DNA of 64,000 nt. Source: Octopus vulgaris. Taxonomy: Eukaryota. The position numbers were made by a program, and so were the translations under genes. The notes beneath the pieces are model-generated. The model saw only the letters and a program-made list of their open reading frames with translations. It was not told the origin of the DNA and searched no databases. Of this stretch, positions 60,156-64,000 are shown piece by piece. The stretch is taken from positions 94,240,001-94,304,000 of the forward strand of contig OX597823.1 of the NCBI GenBank assembly GCA_951406725.2. The letters run 5' to 3'. Numbering within the stretch: position 1 is the stretch's first letter; every line of letters begins with the position of its first letter.

Positions 60156-60700
60156 TAGTAATCCCTCACTTTAAGAGGACCTGCTTCACGAGACCCCCGG
60201 TTTACCGGTTTTATTTTTCAAGCACAAGATGCAAATGTTGAAAGAAGTGCAAAAGTTCTTACCACCATAACAAATGCTTCATATTGATACAATCTTACCG
60301 AGAAATTTACAGAGAAGGAAATAACTCTCTAAGCAAACAACTCTAAGCTTGATTTTTAAAAAGAAATCTACAAATCTGTCTACGCGTGCTTGTGAATCGG
60401 CGATCGCGTCTACAAGTGATGGTGTGCGCGATTCTACTGCCTGTTTAAGTGATTCAGAAAACGATTATAATTTTTTTATTATTATAAATGATCTTGACAT
60501 TCTTTTTACTTTACATAAAACATTCTTTATATTCTACTGTTGTTTTATTGCCCTTTATTTACGAGTATTATAAATTGTATCGGTAAAATATTTTTCTAGG
60601 AACGATTTACAACTATACGAAATTATTGCTTTGTTTTACGAGTTTTTACTTTACGAGCGGTCTCCGGGAACAAATTAACACGTATAGCGAGACATTACTG
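60156..60700. mobile_element. Pogo/Tigger-like non-autonomous element
   Basis: TA-flanked imperfect TIRs tagtaatccctcactttaag / cgtatagcgagacattactg (CAGT-type ends). Confidence 0.5.
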
Positions 60701-61034
60701 TATATATATCAAGCCATCTTATGGAGCCGCCTAACCAGAGTGTGGGATGCACGTATTTCGGGGTGGTTATCTCCTCTTCAGTTACAGAGGCCGGAAAGGC
60801 AGACGCTGCGAACTAACACAAAAGACAAATCCATCTTACAATATTCCCATCACCATTCAATGATTGGTTGCACTATTCATCGTCTCGCCGTAACCAAAAT
60901 ATGGAGTGACAGCGCTAAGCGGTGGCGTGCACAAATACAAACTTGTTACCAGTTCAATACATATTTGCTGTCAACATCTACACACTGCTTTTGCTGTCAA
61001 CACGTCGACATCGTGTATAATAAGTCAACATATC

Positions 61035-61254
61035 TGTTTCTTTATTGCCCACAAGGGGCTAAACATAGAGGGGACAAACAAGGACAAACAAACAGATTAA
61101 GTCGATTACATCGACCCCAGTGCGTAACTGGTACTTAATTTATCGACCCCGAAGGGATGAAAGGCAAAGTCGGCCTCGGCTGAATTTGAACTCAGAACGT
61201 AACAGCAGACAAAATACGGCTACGCATTTCGCCCGGCGTGCTAACGTGCTAATT
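61035..61254 (-). mobile_element. SINE group A with 12-bp TSD
   Basis: TSD agtcaacatatc at 61023-61034 and 61255-61266. Confidence 0.88.
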
Positions 61255-61656
61255 AGTCAACATATCATCGAACTATACTTGGTGATTTTAAACTCAGGAG
61301 TCTTATTGGTTTGATTTAGTTCAATGCAAATTTATCCTGAAGAGTGTTTGTCTGAAACTCAGAGCGATATATTTTGACTGTGATTCCATTTCATTGAGTG
61401 CTGTTTCGTTTGACTTGTGACAATTGATCAACCACTCAAATGTGTCTCTGTGTGTATAAATACATATATACGGAGCCTATGGAGTAGATTACATGACAAG
61501 CGCTAATTTAGCCGTTTCTCTGTAAACAAGATAAAATGGCGAACAACCTGAATCGATTTTCGAATCTTGTTGGATTCTCATCAGAGGTGTCTGCATCGGT
61601 TTGACCAATCCTAGATGCACAGAGAGAGAGGGGGGAGAGAGAGAGAGAAAGAACGA

Positions 61657-61725
<69 letters not shown>

Positions 61726-61864
61726 TGGAAAAGAGTGACAGACATATTTATCTCTCTATATTACAATATTACGCAGTCAATTGTTTGATGTTTGCTGATC
61801 AGAGGTACATATTATTGACTGATAAAATTTTTATAGACCATTCAGACACAAACTTGCGCACGCG

Positions 61865-61924
<60 letters not shown>

Positions 61925-62349
61925 TCAATTATACACATGAACACAAACACACATACGCTAACACGGACACGCCACCGCCGCCAGTACTGCACCATCACCA
62001 CTGTCACCACCCGTAGTTGTTGCTCTATCTTGAAGCTTTCTACAATAAAGTATATAGTCAAAACTCTATGTGGACGCACAACTTGCAGGAAATAGCAGCT
62101 AAACTTCGCTCCAGTCACTTACTGCTGCCTTCAGAAAGTAATATTGAATAAAAGCATTCTAAAGGATTCATGAGATGCAATGGTCATTGCTAGAGTGGCT
62201 TTTAGTCATAACTAACTTGAAACAGCTAAAATTAAAAATAATGAGGCACAAGTGGAGTTGTGGAGTAAGACGTCTGCTCCGCAGCCGCATAATTCCAGGC
62301 GAGTCAAGTTAGGCAAGTTCCTTCAACAATATATATATATATATATATA

Positions 62350-62512
62350 AGCGCAGGAGTGGCTGTGTAGTAAGTAGCTTGCTTACCAACCATATGGCTC
62401 CGGGTTCGGCCCCACTGCGTGGCACCTTAAGCAAGTGTTTTCTACTATAGCCTCGAGCCGACCAAAGCGTTGTGAGTGGATTTGGTAGACGGAAACTGAA
62501 AGAAGCTCGTCG
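62350..62512 (+). mobile_element. SINE group C 5' half
   Basis: gcgcaggagtggctgtg...ccgggttcggccccactgcgtggcacctt...ggaaactgaaagaagctcgtcg. Confidence 0.8.
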
Positions 62513-62927
62513 TATATATGTATATATGTCAAAAAACGAATAACGTGGTACATGTACGGTATTAGTAGACGGTCAGGGAAGGAAAGAAAGGTGGTTTAAT
62601 GTTTCGAGCAGACGCACTTCTTCTAAAAGAGAGGAAAGTCCAATAGAAATGGAAGACAAACGAAAAAAAATCACCAAAGATTATATATATATATTTGATG
62701 AGTGTGTATGTATGTGTATAGACTCGATATTTTGAATGTTCAATTTTGAATACTGTTGGATTTTACTCATAATGTATGGGAATCTTACATGTAAACCATT
62801 TTGCCTAAAAAATGGACCTACAAGTTCAATATCCCTACATATCCCACATCTATTTTCTTTCCTCCACCTCACATTCTATTTTGTATCCTACCTAAATTAA
62901 CTATGACTTAACTATCCTCTCACACCA

Positions 62928-62973
62928 TCTCCGATGAAGGGATATAATGAATATCCTGGAAACAGCTGTAAGA
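62928..62973 (+). ncRNA. Minimal type-I hammerhead ribozyme motif (C4 variant)
   Basis: Stem I ucu/aga, core CCGAUGA (62931-62937), stem II ggauau/auaucc, GAAA (62959-62962), palindromic stem III ACAGCUGU, cleavage triplet GUA. Confidence 0.65.
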
Positions 62974-63141
62974 CCTATCTATAAATTTTCTAAAATCTAC
63001 TCAGCCTTGGTTTTTTTTATCTCATTACGAAAAAAATTTATATATATATATATATAGACATATATGTATATACACACATATATATGTATGTATATGTATA
63101 TATATATATATATATATTATTCATATATATATATATATATA

Positions 63142-63212
<71 letters not shown>

Positions 63213-63259
63213 GTGAATTGAAGAAATGGAGCTGAACGCAGATTGAACAGAAATCGTTT

Positions 63260-63353
63260 TATTTCATTCTACACGTGTTTCGAAAGGCACAAATTACCAA
63301 AATCCGATGGAATAATGGGACCATATTGTGTCTTTCTCTTCAGGAAGAAAATA
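63260..63353 (-). ncRNA. Type-I hammerhead ribozyme, mirror copy
   Basis: Exact reverse complement of 63509-63602 within the left arm. Confidence 0.82.
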
Positions 63354-63508
63354 GAAATCCGTTGGAAAAACAAAAACAGAACAGAGGCGGAGCAGCCACC
63401 GGTTCTCAACATACACTGATAAACAGTTTCGCCATGGGCTCTTAGGAGCATAGTTCGATTTGTTTTTGCTCCGCCTCTGTTCTGTTTTTGTTTTTCCAAC
63501 GGATTTCC

Positions 63509-63602
63509 TATTTTCTTCCTGAAGAGAAAGACACAATATGGTCCCATTATTCCATCGGATTTTGGTAATTTGTGCCTTTCGAAACACGTGTAGAATGAAA
63601 TA
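63509..63602 (+). ncRNA. Type-I hammerhead ribozyme, canonical core
   Basis: Stem I uauuuucuuc/gaaugaaaua (9 of 10 pairs incl. G-U), CUGAAGA (63519-63525), stem II gaaagacacaa/uugugccuuuc (10 of 11), GAAA (63581-63584), palindromic stem III ACACGUGU, GUA cleavage after 63592. Confidence 0.82.
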
Positions 63603-63810
63603 AAACGATTTCTGTTCAATCTGCGTTCAGCTCCATTTCTTCAATTCACCAATAATGTTCTAATTTCAATTATCCGCACCAACGCACGGTTGCAACACCA
63701 TATGGTTATACCTCCAACCGTGCTGTTTTACTGCTGTGATTTTTGCTACTAAGGTATCGGTTAAACTTTTGATTAATCTACTACAAGATTATTCATCTTT
63801 CTATTTCACA

Positions 63811-63848
<38 letters not shown>

Positions 63849-63869
63849 CATATATATATGTATGTATAT

Positions 63870-63928
63870 CATTAAAATCCTTTAAAATGTTTAAGCACGA
63901 AGGCCGCGGCCATGCTGGGGCACCACTG
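63870..63928 (-). mobile_element. Very short CR1/L2-type 3' tail
   Basis: Minus cagtggtgccccagcatggccgcggccttcgtgcttaaacattttaaagga resembles the tail at 42036 and the group C SINE tail. Confidence 0.6.
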
Positions 63929-64000
63929 TATATGTATATTTATTTATATTTATATATATATATGTATATATATATTTATTTATATATATATATATATGTA

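Larger units (their letters stand above)
63206..63656. repeat. Near-perfect inverted repeat (189/190-bp arms, 72-bp spacer), probably Penelope-type terminal repeats
   Basis: Arms 63206-63394 and 63467-63656 differ by one visible 1-nt indel. The block lies between (TA)n tracts. Confidence 0.96.

Noticed and set aside
63405-63452. Hammerhead-like string on the minus strand of the spacer (cuaaga-gcc-cau-ggc-gaaa-cug-uuuau-cag-u-g)
   Set aside because: The core lacks G5, the cleavage position is G rather than H, and no stem I forms. At most a vestige.
63269-63619. ORFs of 116 and 97 aa across the inverted repeat
   Set aside because: By-products of the palindrome with no recognisable domain.

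Overview
This is AT-rich animal DNA dominated by microsatellites and retroposons. The SINE/LINE repertoire resembles octopus (coleoid cephalopod) genomes; that is inferred from recalled repeat families, not from a database search. I can support no host protein-coding exon, and nearly all long six-frame ORFs are translations of (TA)n, (CA)n or (AAT)n tracts. The recognisable content is decayed transposons: three tRNA-derived SINE groups, R4/Dong-type LINEs in (AAT)n tracts, CR1/L2-group 3' ends, an RTE fragment, Tc1/mariner, hAT-like and pogo-like elements, and three Penelope-like GIY-YIG remnants. Three things stand out. (i) Several type-I hammerhead ribozyme motifs with palindromic stem III lie in short blocks embedded in (TA)n, including a near-perfect 189/190-bp inverted repeat that puts one intact hammerhead on each strand (63206-63656). 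(ii) A fold-back palindrome with ~1.2-kb arms (24063-27706) is split near its centre by a 1.19-kb insert flanked by a 28-bp direct repeat. (iii) Independent fold-back hairpins recur across the window. Ends of decayed elements are approximate (about +/-20 bp unless a TSD or TIR is quoted).
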